A stretch of 64,000 bases of DNA from Setoptus koraiensis (lineage: Eukaryota > Animalia > Arthropoda). Location of the stretch: positions 6,944,001 to 7,008,000 of the forward strand of contig CM106585.1 of NCBI GenBank assembly GCA_048013815.1, read 5' to 3'. Under the pieces are notes generated by a model. The model was not told the origin of the DNA and did not search any database. It worked only from the letters and a program-made list of their open reading frames with translations. The position numbers were made by a program, and so were the translations under genes. Of the stretch, positions 49,403-61,599 are shown in pieces. Every line of letters begins with the position of its first letter. Within the stretch, counting starts at the first letter, position 1.

Positions 49403-51524
49403 ATGATGAAGATGATCATGTCACAGGTTCTCATTTCAGTCCTGTTTTGCCTGCTCTACCTGAGCCAAAAACAAGTTCAGTCCCTTCCAAGGGCGCCCAC
49501 GGGCGGGCCAACATTCTTTGGTCAATCAGCGGTGAGTGTGTAACAAACAGAAGCACATTATTAACTTACCTACGGATAACAGAAGGTCAGTGCGGCTATG
49601 ATCATTGATATCCAGCTACCGCTTCGAATTTTCATTTAGTGATAGTTCCATGTACCTCGCGGTTGCACCTGAACTTTTATCAAAAGAGTCCAACCAAGAA
49701 AAGACATAAACAAGAACCACTGAGAAGGGATCCGACAATATGGTTTCGAGCGAATCCACACTGGCAGGGGTATGCAAGTCCCAACGTTTCTCAATAATCT
49801 TCTTCTAGAGTAACTAGAGTTACATGGTTCTTCTCGACGAAAATTCAAGTTTGTTATAAAATTTCAAGTTTGAATATCGATGCAGTAGCGGAATATCAAT
49901 TATCAAAGTTGCACTTATCTCTCTGTCCTTTGGAGGTACCATTCCGGTGCCTCGATGGCCGCGAGTAAATGCATTCCGTTAAATTATTGTGTTATCTATG
50001 GAAATCTTAGATCTCATATTCTATTATTTATCTATTTCCGTTTTCGAAAGGCTGCCGCTATCGAGGCTATGGGCTACATAGCGGAAAGCCACAACATCCC
50101 GAGTAATCAACCTGGCTATGTGATCGGCGTAAATCGAATGATCAATCCGTTGGCCAATCCGGATGATGTTAAGAGAGTCGTTCTGTTTCATCACGGAATC
50201 GTGCAAGATTCCCTCATGTTTCTGGGATTTGCTGGTTGGGCCAGGCCGGAGAAACCAACGGCCGACAGCTACTCGACAGATATTTATCGCAACGCCACTG
50301 ACGGTCTCGATGAGACAACGCAAGAGCCCACGGTCGAAACATACAAAAAGTTGTGTTTGCCGTGTGTGTTTTCCAACAACAACTACGATGTTTGGATAAT
50401 GGACCTCAGAGGCGTAAGTGAGGCAAGTGAACAATTCGACGAAGAAGATTTCCAACAGAGAGGAAACGGAACGCAGGAAAATTATTGGGATTTTTCCATC
50501 GACCAGCCAACCTTTTTTGATTTGCCTGCAATCATTGATTTCATTCGCGAGAAAACCGACCAAGATAAGATCAGCTATGTGGGCTATAGTTTAGGCACGC
50601 TGGAAATGTTTGCCCTATTGTCTGCCAAACCAGAATATGCCGACAAGATCGAGGCATATGCTGCTGTAGGGCCCACATACTACCTTAGCCATCTGCGCGG
50701 ATTGTTCCCTCTATTGACCTTGACGGACCCGTTACTGCGACCAGCCAATTTCGGCAGTTTTATCAACTTTGATGGGTCAGTGCTAGTAAATAGACTGGTG
50801 TCACTTCTTTGTGATTCACCTAGCATTAGATTGGATGTGTGCTTTGCGGCCTACCAAAATTTCGTTGTCGGGCCCGACACGAATAAGCTAAACATATTCG
50901 TGAGTAGACTAAACGAGTGGACACTCAGTAATGAAGCTGTTAGTTGTTGCATGAACAAACAAAACTTACGATAAAAACTCTCTTCTACGATCTGTCTTTT
51001 CCTCATGTCGGTTCCTAGACTGAAGCCTATCTTAGTCATTTTCTCGAAACCTATAGTATCAAAGTGTTTGTTCATGCGGCTCAGATAATCAAATTTGACG
51101 GATTTCACACTTTCGATCATGCTAATCCAGCCGATAACCTTAGAGAATACAATTCACTGACTCCAATACCTATAAAGCCCGAGAAAATAAAGCTCAAGAA
51201 AATTATTTATGTACGAAGTGTGGTCGGCGATTATCTCTCGACCATAGAGGATCAAAGAGAATTCCTCAATCAGTTGACTGGTGAGTGATAAGTGTCAAGC
51301 GCATACTATAGACATTGTGCAATGAGACACACCTCTGACAATCATCTAACATTACACCATTCGCTCTTCATGTTTCAATCAATGAATCAGTTCCTCTTTT
51401 CGAGGATATTGTCACTCAGTCTGGTTACAATCACATAAGTTTTTTCATGGCGAAGACATCCTTCACACAGGTGTTTGGTCCCATTATTAGAGCGGTCAAC
51501 AGGGCTTATGTGACCGACTTGTAG
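49403..51524 (+). CDS. Secreted acid lipase 3; exons 49403-49531, 50051-50899, 51019-51280, 51391-51524
   Basis: Signal peptide MMKMIMSQVLISVLFCLLYL; GYSLG, VGDYLS, YNHISF; conserved exon lengths (849-nt exon 2 as in lipase 1, 134-nt exon 4 as in lipase 2). Confidence 0.92.
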
Positions 51525-52049
51525 TCTGTTGATTGCGGGAAGGCAACAATTTGCACGAGATGCTCAGTGCACCAAGTGTCGAATAGTTTAAGCCAGTTTG
51601 AGCCAGTTACAAGGCTTTTGAAGAGTGCCCAGTAATGCTTTCGATGGAGAATCGAGTAACGCTACTTATCAAGAAGAAACCGATCAAAGCAGCAGCCCAC
51701 ATTCGACTAATATGGTCTTTGGCCAATAATAGTTGCATATAACTATGAAAATGTTAACATCTGAAATCAATCGAGCAGCCATAAACGCCAAATAACAAAC
51801 AAACACTCAATTGCAGTGACTTAATATTACAATGAAATCAATAAATGACTGTTTGAATCTACGGCGAGACATAGTATCGACATTTTATTTTGACTTGCTG
51901 GAAGTTCGACAAAAAAAATGTACTGTATCCAACGTCAACCTGAATTATATCGTCCCTCATCCTATGTCAAATGCAGCGAAGGTTTAGAGAGGTTCTTCTA
52001 TCAGAGCATGGATTGAAGCATTCAAAAAGCGATATTCAGTGAGAGATTT

Positions 52050-53383
52050 GGTTGTGTCGTGCCGTGGGAGTGTTAGCAGCTAAGGGGGTGTGTTGGTCGC
52101 TAGAATAAATTGCCGGCAGAACTACAAGTTTTGAATTATTACTGTTATATATATATTGGCTTAATATCAATTTAGCTTTTTTAATTAGTAACGACGGATA
52201 ATTACTATTATTATCCGTCAATATGTTTATTGGTCAACGACTTGATATCGAATGAATCTGTGTGTCGGGGAAAAACGTACAATGATGTATATATTGCGTT
52301 ATTATCTATCGATAGTGTATCACACCAAGCTAGGTTCTCTCTTTGTTTCAGTTGGCGTCAGCCAACTGAAAGGTTGCCGGGAAGATTTGCAATACTTTTC
52401 ATTTTGCCAGGTCACTGGCGCCTGTGCGGGTTTTGAACAAGGCGTAGTGCGCGGCCCGTATGCGCGCGGATGTGTGTGGGCGTGTACGCGTGCACGGTGC
52501 GGCATGACAGTTGTTCTTCGGAATACGTACCACGCCCAAATTGGGTATTTTGGGTATTTTTGGGTTGGGTATGGTGCCCTGAGACCGGAAAAGGTATTCC
52601 GGAAGTGCAGAAATTCTTCGTTACCGAGATACCCGAGGTACCGCATTCTGGGTATTCGATGGTATTTGAGGGCACGTTGACGGTGTAATCGGTCGTACCC
52701 ACCCGCACGGACATCGGGTGGGGTACCAACGTCTTCATTCCGAGGGTAGATTGCACCTAGAAGCCCCAGAAGCAGAATAAAATCAGTTTAACTCAAGAGG
52801 CGTGACCAATGGATGCGGCGCGGAGCGAAACTGCGCCCGCAGATAGTGCGACCACGCACCGAGTCCTTGCGCGTGCTTTACTCATGCGTTCATTCCAGGC
52901 CGGAGGAGGGGTTCGGCCTCCAGTCGTCCACGCCTACGGCCTCCGGCGGGACGACTGACGGCCACCAAACCAAAAAAGATTCTTCCCGAGGACTGGGAAT
53001 CGAGTGGGCGGGGCCCGCGATCGGACCGGGTTTCGTTCATTCTTGTGTATGAGTTGCAATCCTTATCTAGCAAAAGAGCCGACCAAACCAGACTAAGTGC
53101 GATATTTCTCAAACCGGAAGTGACTGATGAGGTAATTAATGAATATCCAGCGAACCGGCTGTCACTCATCTTGATATTGACAACAATCACAATGCTCCTA
53201 TCGAGATCTATACAGACATGCAGAAATTTCAGGTCTGAGGCCCGAAAAATGCATTTTTCTATATTTCCGGAAGTAGGAATTTCCGCACTTCCGGACCTTC
53301 AATAACGTTCTTTGGGGCCCCTTCGGGGCCCCTTTGTGGAGTTTGAAGGAAATCGGGCTTGGTACGTATTCCGAAGAACACCC
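52050..53383. mobile_element. Non-autonomous TIR element (MITE-like) with 8-bp target duplication AGAGATTT
   Basis: AGAGATTT at 52042-52049 and 53384-53391. ~30-bp TIR GG(T/G)TGTTCTTCGGAATACGTACCA(C/A)GCCC once the nested LTR is removed. Internal CCGGAAGT motifs and a GGGGCCCCTTCGGGGCCCC hairpin. Confidence 0.8.
52055..52509. mobile_element. Probable solo LTR (455 bp)
   Basis: TGTCGTGCCG...CGGCATGACA termini (TG...CA, imperfect inverted ends), flanked by 4-bp duplication GTTG (52051-52054, 52510-52513). Internal AATAAA; no ORF. Confidence 0.7.
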
Positions 53384-54610
53384 AGAGATTTAACAATATT
53401 TGGAGAAGGCCTTACCTGTGACAATGAAGCAGCCAGCAACTTCACGGCAAATACAATACCTGCGATATTCGAGTCGAACGAGGACCATAGACATTTCAAT
53501 GTAGACGAAACTCGGCTCTTCTGGAGATGCATTCCAACCTCCAGTCACGCCAAAAAAGGTTCAAAGTGTGTTGGACATAAACAGGATAAAACAGGTCTAA
53601 CCGTCGCCCTGTTTGTCAGTATGACTGGAGAGAAGCTAAAACCTGTTGTAATTGAATATTCATCTCAGCCAAGCTGCTTCAAGACCATAGGTTACGATCT
53701 CAGCAAACTTCCGGTCTACTTTTATGCAAATAAGACCGCATGGATGACAGGAGAAATATTCAATGACATTTTACAGAAGATACATGAAGATCTCAGAGGA
53801 AGACAAGAGAATATAACACTTATACTGGACAACTTCTCAGGACATAAAACAAGTGATTTGGAACGCTCATTTCCGAGGATAAAATTCTTTTTCCTACCAC
53901 CGAACACAACCAGCAAGACCCAACCGTTAGACGGCGGCATAATTAGGAGCTTCAAAAGACAGTATGCAACTTTATTAATGAACCATGTCTTCTCCTATTA
54001 TCAGATGAATGGTGATATCAAAGAAGTCAATAAATCTATCAGCCTCTCGGACGCCATTAAATGGATTGCAGAGGCCTGGTCAAAGGTCAAGATTGAAACA
54101 ATCAAAAAATGTTGGCAGCATCAGAATTATATAAGAAACACAAGTGATACACCCATGTATGTGATTGATCATGAAGATGACCTATGTGAGATATTTAGCA
54201 ATGTTATTTCGTTGACAGGTAGTACAACGACACTGCAACAATATATGTTTGAGCAAGAAGCTAGGCCAGTAACTTTGGCAATTGTTTAATTTAATAAAAA
54301 GAAACACATCCTAAAATAACTTTTGATCGTTTCGACCCATTCTATTGAGCGATTTCGAAAATCGCGGGGGCCCGATTTGTCGCATTTCAGCAAACATTAC
54401 TGTAGCGCACTCTCATACTCAATAGCTTACTCACTTACTTGCTCACTCAGTTAAATAAAATAGCCACCGGCCTAATAAAACAGAATAACGCCCCTTAGTC
54501 GTTCATTGGTGACGCCGAGAAGTCTGAAGAAGAGACTATCTCAACCCACGAGAAAGAACTCGGACCGGCTCAAGAGCCGATAAAAAAGTTATACTGATTA
54601 TACCAGTATA

Positions 54611-55755
54611 CAATCATGTGCGGAATGAAGGTAACACGAGGGTCAAATGTGTGCTTTCCCCCCTGCGCGCTGCCGCCAGGCGGCGTGTGTGTGCGGAGTG
54701 TGTGCTGTGCGGGAGCGGCGTGTATGCGGCATCCCGCGTACCGCGCACAGTGCGCCTTCGCATACTAGGAAGTCCATTTATGGCATTCTTAAAGCTTGGG
54801 ATGGTAACAGGACAGCTCCTTTGAAGCCTGCCGGTCGGCCGGCCCATTTCGAGCCTCTCTATGAAGCCAAAATTAGGGAACATGTCGCTGCCAATCCTTT
54901 TGATACCAACGACCAGATCATCACCAAGCTTGGATTGGATTGCTCGAGATGGACTGTGTCTCGCATTTGTAATGACTTGGATCTGAAGTCTTACATTGCT
55001 GCATCCAAATTCAAGCTTACTGATGAACAGCGGTTCAAAAGGTTGGTAATGAGGATTGGAAGAGGGTGGTGTTTAGTGACGAATTCCCCTTCACCAACTC
55101 TAGTCAGGCTCAAATCCATGTAAGGAGGCCATTTGGAGAGAGATATGAAAATTGTTACGTGAATACGTATGAGCCGGCCAATCTCTCATTCTCCTTGCAT
55201 GGATTTATTACATACAATGGAGTGGGCCTTTTGACACCGACAGGAGAGAGGATGGATAGTGTGCGTTATTGTGATAACATCCTCACACCTGCTTTCCATT
55301 GGTTAGAAGAAAACACCAACTTCCCATGGATATGGCAGCAGGATAATGCATATATCCACCGCTCTAATTATACTGAAAATTTTATTATTAAATATGGTGT
55401 CATGGTTGACAAGTTCCTGGACTGGCCAGTGAAGTCGCCAGATTTAAATTTGATTGAGAATGTGTGGGCTCGGATGTGGAGAAAAAAAGTTAATTATCTG
55501 CGCCTTCACGGCCAGATAACCAAAAAGTCCGAGCTCTTACACTTAGCTAATGAGGTCTGGGCGAGTATTAGTCTCGATGAGATTCATAATCTCTATCACT
55601 CGATGCCAGACCGAGTTAGAGAGGTTATTAGGATGGATGGTCATCTCACCTCTTATTAGTAATTTAGTGCCAATAAATTGTGCCTTAAAATGGTTTTTCT
55701 ATTAGTCTATTAGTTGTGCAGAGTTGTTTACTTTTGTTTTTCGCGGTTGAAAGTT
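54611..55755 (+). mobile_element. Tc1-type transposon with frameshifted DD37E transposase
   Basis: ORF1 GRP...CSRWTVSR...KFKLTDEQRFKRL; ORF2 DWKRVVFSDE...WQQDNAYIH...WPVKSPDLNLIENVW. A small deletion shifts the frame near 55045. Left end TA|CAATCATGTG; right TIR decayed. Confidence 0.88.
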
Positions 55756-55879
55756 TTTAGCGCTTAATTTTAATTAAGTAGCTATTGATGTGGGTCGGAT
55801 GGATACGTTTATTCACGTGGGTAGAATAAATCAGTGCTTTTTTCAACTAGGAAAAAATAGCACGGTGAAAGCTGTACTG

Positions 55880-56300
55880 TGAGAAATAAACTAGATAAAT
55901 TTAGAACACTCAAAGCTTACAATGTTGATTAGTTGAATTTAGCACACAGAATGCTATGCGCGCGAAACACTAACTAGACGCGATTAGCACGCTCAATGCT
56001 GAGATGCTAACTAGATGAATTTAGCACAGCAGAAGGCTAGCTGTATACAATTCGGATTTAGTGCACTGGAAGCTAGAGGTGTTGGAACTAGGAGATTGTA
56101 GAACAGTAGATACTATTCAGAATAACTACTGCTTCTCAGCACTGTCAATGCTGATGTGGCTGAAACTAGACGAGTGTAGCACGCTCAATACTGAGATGTA
56201 AAATAGATGAATTCAGCACAGCAGAAGGCTAGCTGTCTACAATTCTGATTTAGTGCACGGGAAGCTAGATGCGTTGTAGCTAAGAGATTACAGCACAGCA
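55880..56300. repeat. Degenerate ~190-bp tandem repeat (GAATT(T/C)AGCACAGCAGAAGGCTAGCTGT...)
   Basis: Near-identical 60-bp blocks at ~56017 and ~56209. Confidence 0.7.
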
Positions 56301-56858
56301 GAAACTGCTCAACCATTCAAGGTATCTGAACGTTAACAATGTTAACCCTATGGGAACAGAGTTCGATGGTCACAATTCGGAATTCGGTGGTGATTATTCG
56401 AAGTTCGATGGTCACAATTCGAACTTCGAAATTGAAAATTCTAATTTCCGATACGAGTTTCAGGTGCTTGTACAGAGTTCGATGGTCACAATTCGAAGTT
56501 CGGTGGTTACAATTCGAAGTTCGATGGTCACATTTCGAACTTCGAAATTCGAAATTGAAAATTCGAATTTCTGATGACAGTTCCATCTGCTCGTTCGATG
56601 TTCGGTGGTCAGTGTTCGATGGTCAATGTTCGATGGTCACATTTTGAAGTTCGGTGGTTAACAGGTTGTCATAAACTCCTTTGAATCCTTCAACAATACT
56701 TGTCCACACGAAAATTAAGCGCTCGAAATACTGATTTGATCAGTATTACTTTAGTATCAGTACGATTTGGGAGGGCGATGTGCTGGCGCGCGAAGCGCGG
56801 CCGTCTTTGGGGAGGGGTGGGGAAACAATCCGGCCAGGCTAACAAGGTAACCTAGTTA

Positions 56859-57729
56859 GGGTGTTGTAGCGATTAGTGCCCCAGTCTGATTTCAATGAAA
56901 CTACACACGGGGTCCGTAGGGTCCACAAATGATAACCTCGGTGGTGCGGAAGTGCGGAAACTTCCGGTTCCGGTTTTACCTAAAGATTGAGATACGGACT
57001 TGAAACACTCTTTACATCTAGATAAAGGCACGCAGAGTACGATACAGTAAATTTCAAGCCTGAACGACTTCCGGTTCACATGATATTCGGTGGAAACCGC
57101 TGCAAGGGCGGTGACGGGACGGAATATCGACCGAATGCGTGCGCTAGCAGGCCCGTACTGATCAACACAAAAGCCTGCGCCACTTTCGGTTCTCGAGATT
57201 CTCGCAGTTGGATGTGCAGCTCCACGATGAACAGTCCGATCCTCTACTTACGGTCGTGTATGGATTGCAGTCATGTGAGCGGAGGGTAGAGGGCGCAGCC
57301 CGATACCCGAAGCGCTCATCCAACCTACCCGAACGGTTCCCGCCGCACGAAGTCGTCGCGGGAGCGACGACGGAGATGTGACGGCCTCCAGAATACGAGG
57401 CCGCAGGCCGAGTTCTCAGACCCATCACATACTCATCCCTGAGCAGAGCGGAGCTCCAATTTCTCCACTTCCGGTCTTCTTACGTCAAATATATCTGTAC
57501 ATCTGGAAAACCGGAAGTCGCACAGAGCTGAAAATTATGCCACCATATCCAGTATAGTCAGAAACGTCTCTCTGGTGAGTTTCAGACCTCTAGTTCGAAC
57601 TTCATGTAAAACCGGAACCGGAAGTTTCCACACTTCCTGACTAACTTTTCCGGTCTATTGGGGTCAAGACATACCCGTACCAGAAGTTTCATCAAAATCG
57701 GAGCGGGGCACTAATCGCTACAACAACCC
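56859..57729. mobile_element. Second MITE-like element with ~120-bp imperfect TIRs (GGGT(T)GTTGTAGCGATTAGTGCCCC...)
   Basis: Left and right ends are inverted, including GAAACTTCCGGTTCCGGTTTTAC. No TSD visible. A related lone right end lies at ~62380-62450. Confidence 0.75.
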
Positions 57730-57923
57730 GATCTTAGAGGTTTGGACAGTTCATTAAGTAGTGATAAGTGCTTGCTGTCTCTAGTAAGTTTCAAGAATTT
57801 ATACTGGTGAGAACAGTATCGAAAATCACACATACTGTATAGGCACATGTTCTCAGTAATGGCCTATAGCGCCAATACTAGAGAAAGAAAATTGATTATG
57901 AGTGGACTGAGCATCATCGAAAC

Positions 57924-58270
57924 GGATGGGTGGGAACATGTTTAGAAATCGATGACTATACATGACATCCTACATCCGAAATTTCTTTCTGTCTCGAAAA
58001 CGGCCTATTGATTGCTGATCATACTAGCACAGATTGTTGCGAGCAACATGCACCACACACACACGCAGTATCATCATATGGATAGGTGGGAACATGTTCA
58101 GAAATCGATGACTATACATGACATCCTACATCCGAAATTTCTTTCTGTCTCGAAAACGGCCTCTTGGTGGCTGATCATACTAGCACAGAATGTTGCGAGC
58201 AACATGCACAACACACAAACAGAGTAACTTAAAAACGGATAGGTGTGAACATGTTCAGATATCACGATAT
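57924..58270. repeat. ~156-bp tandem repeat (2 full copies + 1 partial)
   Basis: GGAT(G/A)GGTG(G/T)GAACATGTT starts at 57924, 58080 and ~58237; the first two copies are nearly identical. Confidence 0.85.
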
Positions 58271-58439
58271 TTACATGATTTACCTAATTAAAATTAAGTG
58301 CTCTGTGAGAGAGTGCTAGCTGTCTCTAGAAAGTTTCAAGAATCTATCCTGGCGAGAACAGTTTCAAAAATGCCACGTACTCAATTACCATTAGTGCCCG
58401 GAAATGGCTTACATACTTCAACACAGGAATTGAGAGACT

Positions 58440-58715
58440 CCAATCTCCATAGAGTTAACATGTGTAATGTTTAGATGCTTTAACATAGGAATTGAGAGAC
58501 TCGAATCTCCAACCAAACTGTTGCTTTCTTTGTGCTAGGGAGGCGGAGCGACTTAAGTCTCAATCAAGCTGTAGCTCACTGTGTATTAGAGGGTGGAGCG
58601 ACTTAAGTCACAAACTAATGTGTAGCTTAATGTGTGCAAGGGAGGAGGAGTGACTCAAGTCTGAATCACGCTGCAGCTTCTGTGTGCTGGAAGGAGGAGG
58701 AGTGACTTAAGTCTG
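58440..58715. repeat. ~50-bp unit array (TGTGCTAGGGAGGAGGAGTGACTTAAGTCT) with leader; direct-repeat copy at ~60700-61015
   Basis: Read directly; both blocks share the leader AGAGTTAACATGTGTAATGTTTAGAT...GGAATTGAGAGACTC. Confidence 0.85.
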
Positions 58716-58984
58716 ATGGCTCAAGAGCCAATGAGAGTACGAGTACTCAAGAAGAGGCTACGACCCAACCGAAGCGGGTAGAGACGAGTCTGGTCGATGA
58801 ATTAGGTACAGAAAAAGAACAAACATTGAAGGAAACAATGAAACTCTTAGTACAATCGGCTATCCAGTCAAACAGGCAACAAAACGAATTCAAAGAGGAC
58901 TTGCGGAAGTCGATTGAAAGCATGATGAACTGTAACATTCAGTTGATGAGAACTCTACAGTTGACTAGCGAGAATACAAGTAAT
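58714..58984 (+). pseudogene. Coiled-coil coding fragment, possibly from a retroelement gag N-terminus
   Basis: ~90 open codons (ETMKLLVQSAIQSNRQQNEFKEDLRKSIESMMNCNIQLMRTL) cut off at repeat junctions. The gag assignment is contextual only. Confidence 0.35.
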
Positions 58985-59169
58985 ACTGATCAAATCAATA
59001 TTTCGAGCGCTTAATTTTTTGTGTGGACAAGTATTGTTGAAGGATTCAAAGGAGTTCAAGACAAGCTGTTAACGCTCGCATTCGATAAATTGATGTGAGT
59101 GGGGTAGCTGAGAATACAAGAGATCTCAGCTATAGCACTAGGTAACGCCTTTCGTCGCAGGCTAGACTA

Positions 59170-59640
59170 ATTTAACGCATGAATACAAGGATGTGTCCGC
59201 TCCTTAGCTATCATATAATATGACTGAGCTTACAGTATTGATTGCCCGTGTGATAGCTGAGAACATGAGCATCCTCAGCTATCAATTGACATGACTGAGT
59301 TATGTGCCTTTGACTGTGCTAATTGTGCGTGTCATAGCTGAGAAATTGTGCATCCTCAGCTATGACGCTGTTCAAATTTTTACATGCCTTTGACTGTACT
59401 AATTGTGCGTGTCATAGCTGAGAAATTGTGCATCCTCAGCTATGACACTGTTCAAATTGTTGCGTGCCTTCAACTGTACTAATTGTGCATGTGATAGCTG
59501 AGAACATGATCATCCTTTGCTATTACTTTGTATGACTTAGTTGTGTGCCCTTGGCTGCGCTAACTGTGTGTGTGATGGCTGAGAACATGTGCATTCTCAC
59601 CTATCATTCAGTACAGTACAGTTATGCGCCTTTCACTGTG
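59170..59640. repeat. ~80-bp tandem satellite with an internal 12-bp hairpin
   Basis: GT(C/G)ATAGCTGAG starts at 59250, 59331, 59411, 59491 and 59572. GTCATAGCTGAG...CTCAGCTATGAC is a perfect inverted pair. Confidence 0.85.
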
Positions 59641-59719
59641 CTCATCATGATCCAATAGATCCAAGCTAGCTGTTATTTGATTCTCGTGCACCTGATCTCA
59701 ATTAAGCAGTAGCCTTCAG

Positions 59720-60350
59720 CAGTTTTAAATTATTCTAGTGGGCATCTCAGCTTCCAGTTTGTCACTCTCACCTAGTTCGATTAATCGTAGGAGTTGCCTC
59801 TTGGCGTGCGATGTCTCTCACCGATACAATCCAACGCAAACATACCAAAGGGTTTATCAGCCGATATGCTGCTCATCAACCCCTGCGATTGAACAGTAGT
59901 CGCCTTGCGTCTAAGACAATCATCGCATTTACTCACATAATCAGTGGCATCCTACAACATGTATGGCCAAAAATAATTCCTCTTTATGATTTTACAAGTA
60001 GCTTTAACTCCAGGGTGAGCTACTGATTTGGTGTCATGATACGTCTTCGTGATTCCTTCTCTTTTGGACTTGATCACACTGAGCTTATTATCACGTGTAT
60101 ATAATAATTTGATAACCATTTCGAATTTACTGTCGCATGCTTCTAACATTTCAACCATTTCGTTGATTTCCTCATCGTCCTGGCTTTCTTGTAACCACTC
60201 GTTAATGTTCGCTGGTGGAATTACCAGGCGTGGATAGACGCAACGTTCGTCTATTTCGTCCGACCTAGATACTGGAGCTCGTGATAGACAGTCGACATCG
60301 GCGTGGGCTGTACCACTCACGTGCTTGATGTCGATGTCCACCACGAAACA
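59720..60350 (-). mobile_element. Ty3/gypsy pol fragment (end of RNase H, H2C2 zinc finger, start of integrase core), decayed
   Basis: DIDIKHVSGTAHADVDCLSR...YHDTKSVAHPGVKAT...YFWPYML*...YVSKCDDCLRRK...KPFGMFALDCIG...TPRGNSY, with stops. Confidence 0.85.
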
Positions 60351-61599
60351 GCAGAGACTTATTGTTGCATTGTGCGTATTGTACAATCCAACTTGTGAGG
60401 CATAAGGTGAATTTGGTTGTGCACACAAGTATGAATGATTTACTACTGAATTTATCACATTGTTGCTATTGCTTGCAAGTTGTGTAGATACTGAGCTGTA
60501 GGAAGGAATGTATGATAAGGTAGGTTGTTGCGTACTTGGGAGGTGGACCGAATGAGTCTCAAGCTGGTGTGTTTAGGCGGAAGCATACATAGGAGGTGGA
60601 CTAAATGTTGAACTCCCAGGCAACAAGTAAAAGAGCCAGGTATCTACACACTATATAGGAAAGTCAACAATATGTAAACAAGCCAAGGAGCCAGCTCTCT
60701 AAAGAGTTAACATGTGTAATGTTTAGATACTTTGACACAGGAATTGAGAGACTCAAATGTCCAATCAAACTGTAGCTTTCTTTGTGCTAGGGAGGCGGAG
60801 CGACTTAAGTCTCAAACTAGTATGTAGCCCACTGTGTGCTGAGAAGGTGGAGTGACTTAATTCTCAAACTAGTGTCTAGCTTACTGTGTGCTAGGTAGTA
60901 ATGACTCAAGTCTCAAACTAATGTGTAGCTTAATGTGTGCTGGAAGGAGGAGGAGTGACTTAAGTCTAAATCAAGCTGCAGCTAACAGTGTGCTAGGGAG
61001 GAGGAGTGACTTAAGTTGTCACTCCACGCTATTTGAAATAGCTTAACCTATCTCGTTGTAGCATCGATCAACCTCCTCACTATACATTAACCTCTGCATG
61101 AGCTCGAGACTCAAAATTCAATCCACCTCCCTAGTAAATGTGTGTTTGGGAGGTGGCGAACTTTCGAGTCTTAAGCTTGAGTGTACCCCCACCTCCCAAG
61201 CACACATCAGCCTACACACTCATTAAGCACTGATTATACTAGTGCTAATGTTTGCAAGCACACAGCGCGTGACTTTCAAGATCGAAAACTGTGAATATCC
61301 ACTAGTAAAACGGTACGTGAATATTCACTGGCATACAAAGTCGGAGTATTCACAAGCACACAGCGCGTGAATCACCATAGCACAATTGGTGAACATCCTG
61401 TAAAATGCACGAATTTTGTATCCACCATCATGCCGTGCGTAGATATTCATGCGTGATCTTCAGGATCCCACAACACTGCATCATAAGCCCTTAATTAAAA
61501 TTAAGCGCTAAAAAAATAGCACTGATTTGTTCTGTCACGTGAATAAACGTAGTCATAATCACCACCCCAATAGCAACTTAATTAAAATTAAGCGCTAAA

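Larger units (their letters stand above)
51840..54404 (+). mobile_element. Disrupted pogo/Tigger (CENP-B HTH + DDE_1) DNA transposon
   Basis: N-part (51840-52049): LLEVRQKKCTVS...RAWIEAFKKRYSVRDL, with a stop. C-part (53384-54289): RDLTIFGE...FNVDETRLFW...TAWMT...LILDNFSGH...FLPPNTTSKTQPLDGGIIRSFK. The right end ...CATTACTG|TA fits a pogo CAGT/TA terminus. Confidence 0.88.

Noticed and set aside
56340-56660. Regular 21-bp repeats resembling a CRISPR array
   Set aside because: Units abut without unique spacers, the context is eukaryotic, and there are no cas genes; it is a satellite within an inverted repeat.
58440-61015. Direct repeats flanking gag-like and integrase fragments read as paired LTRs
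   Set aside because: The repeats are internally tandem, lack TG...CA ends, PBS and PPT, and the enclosed fragments are in opposite orientations.
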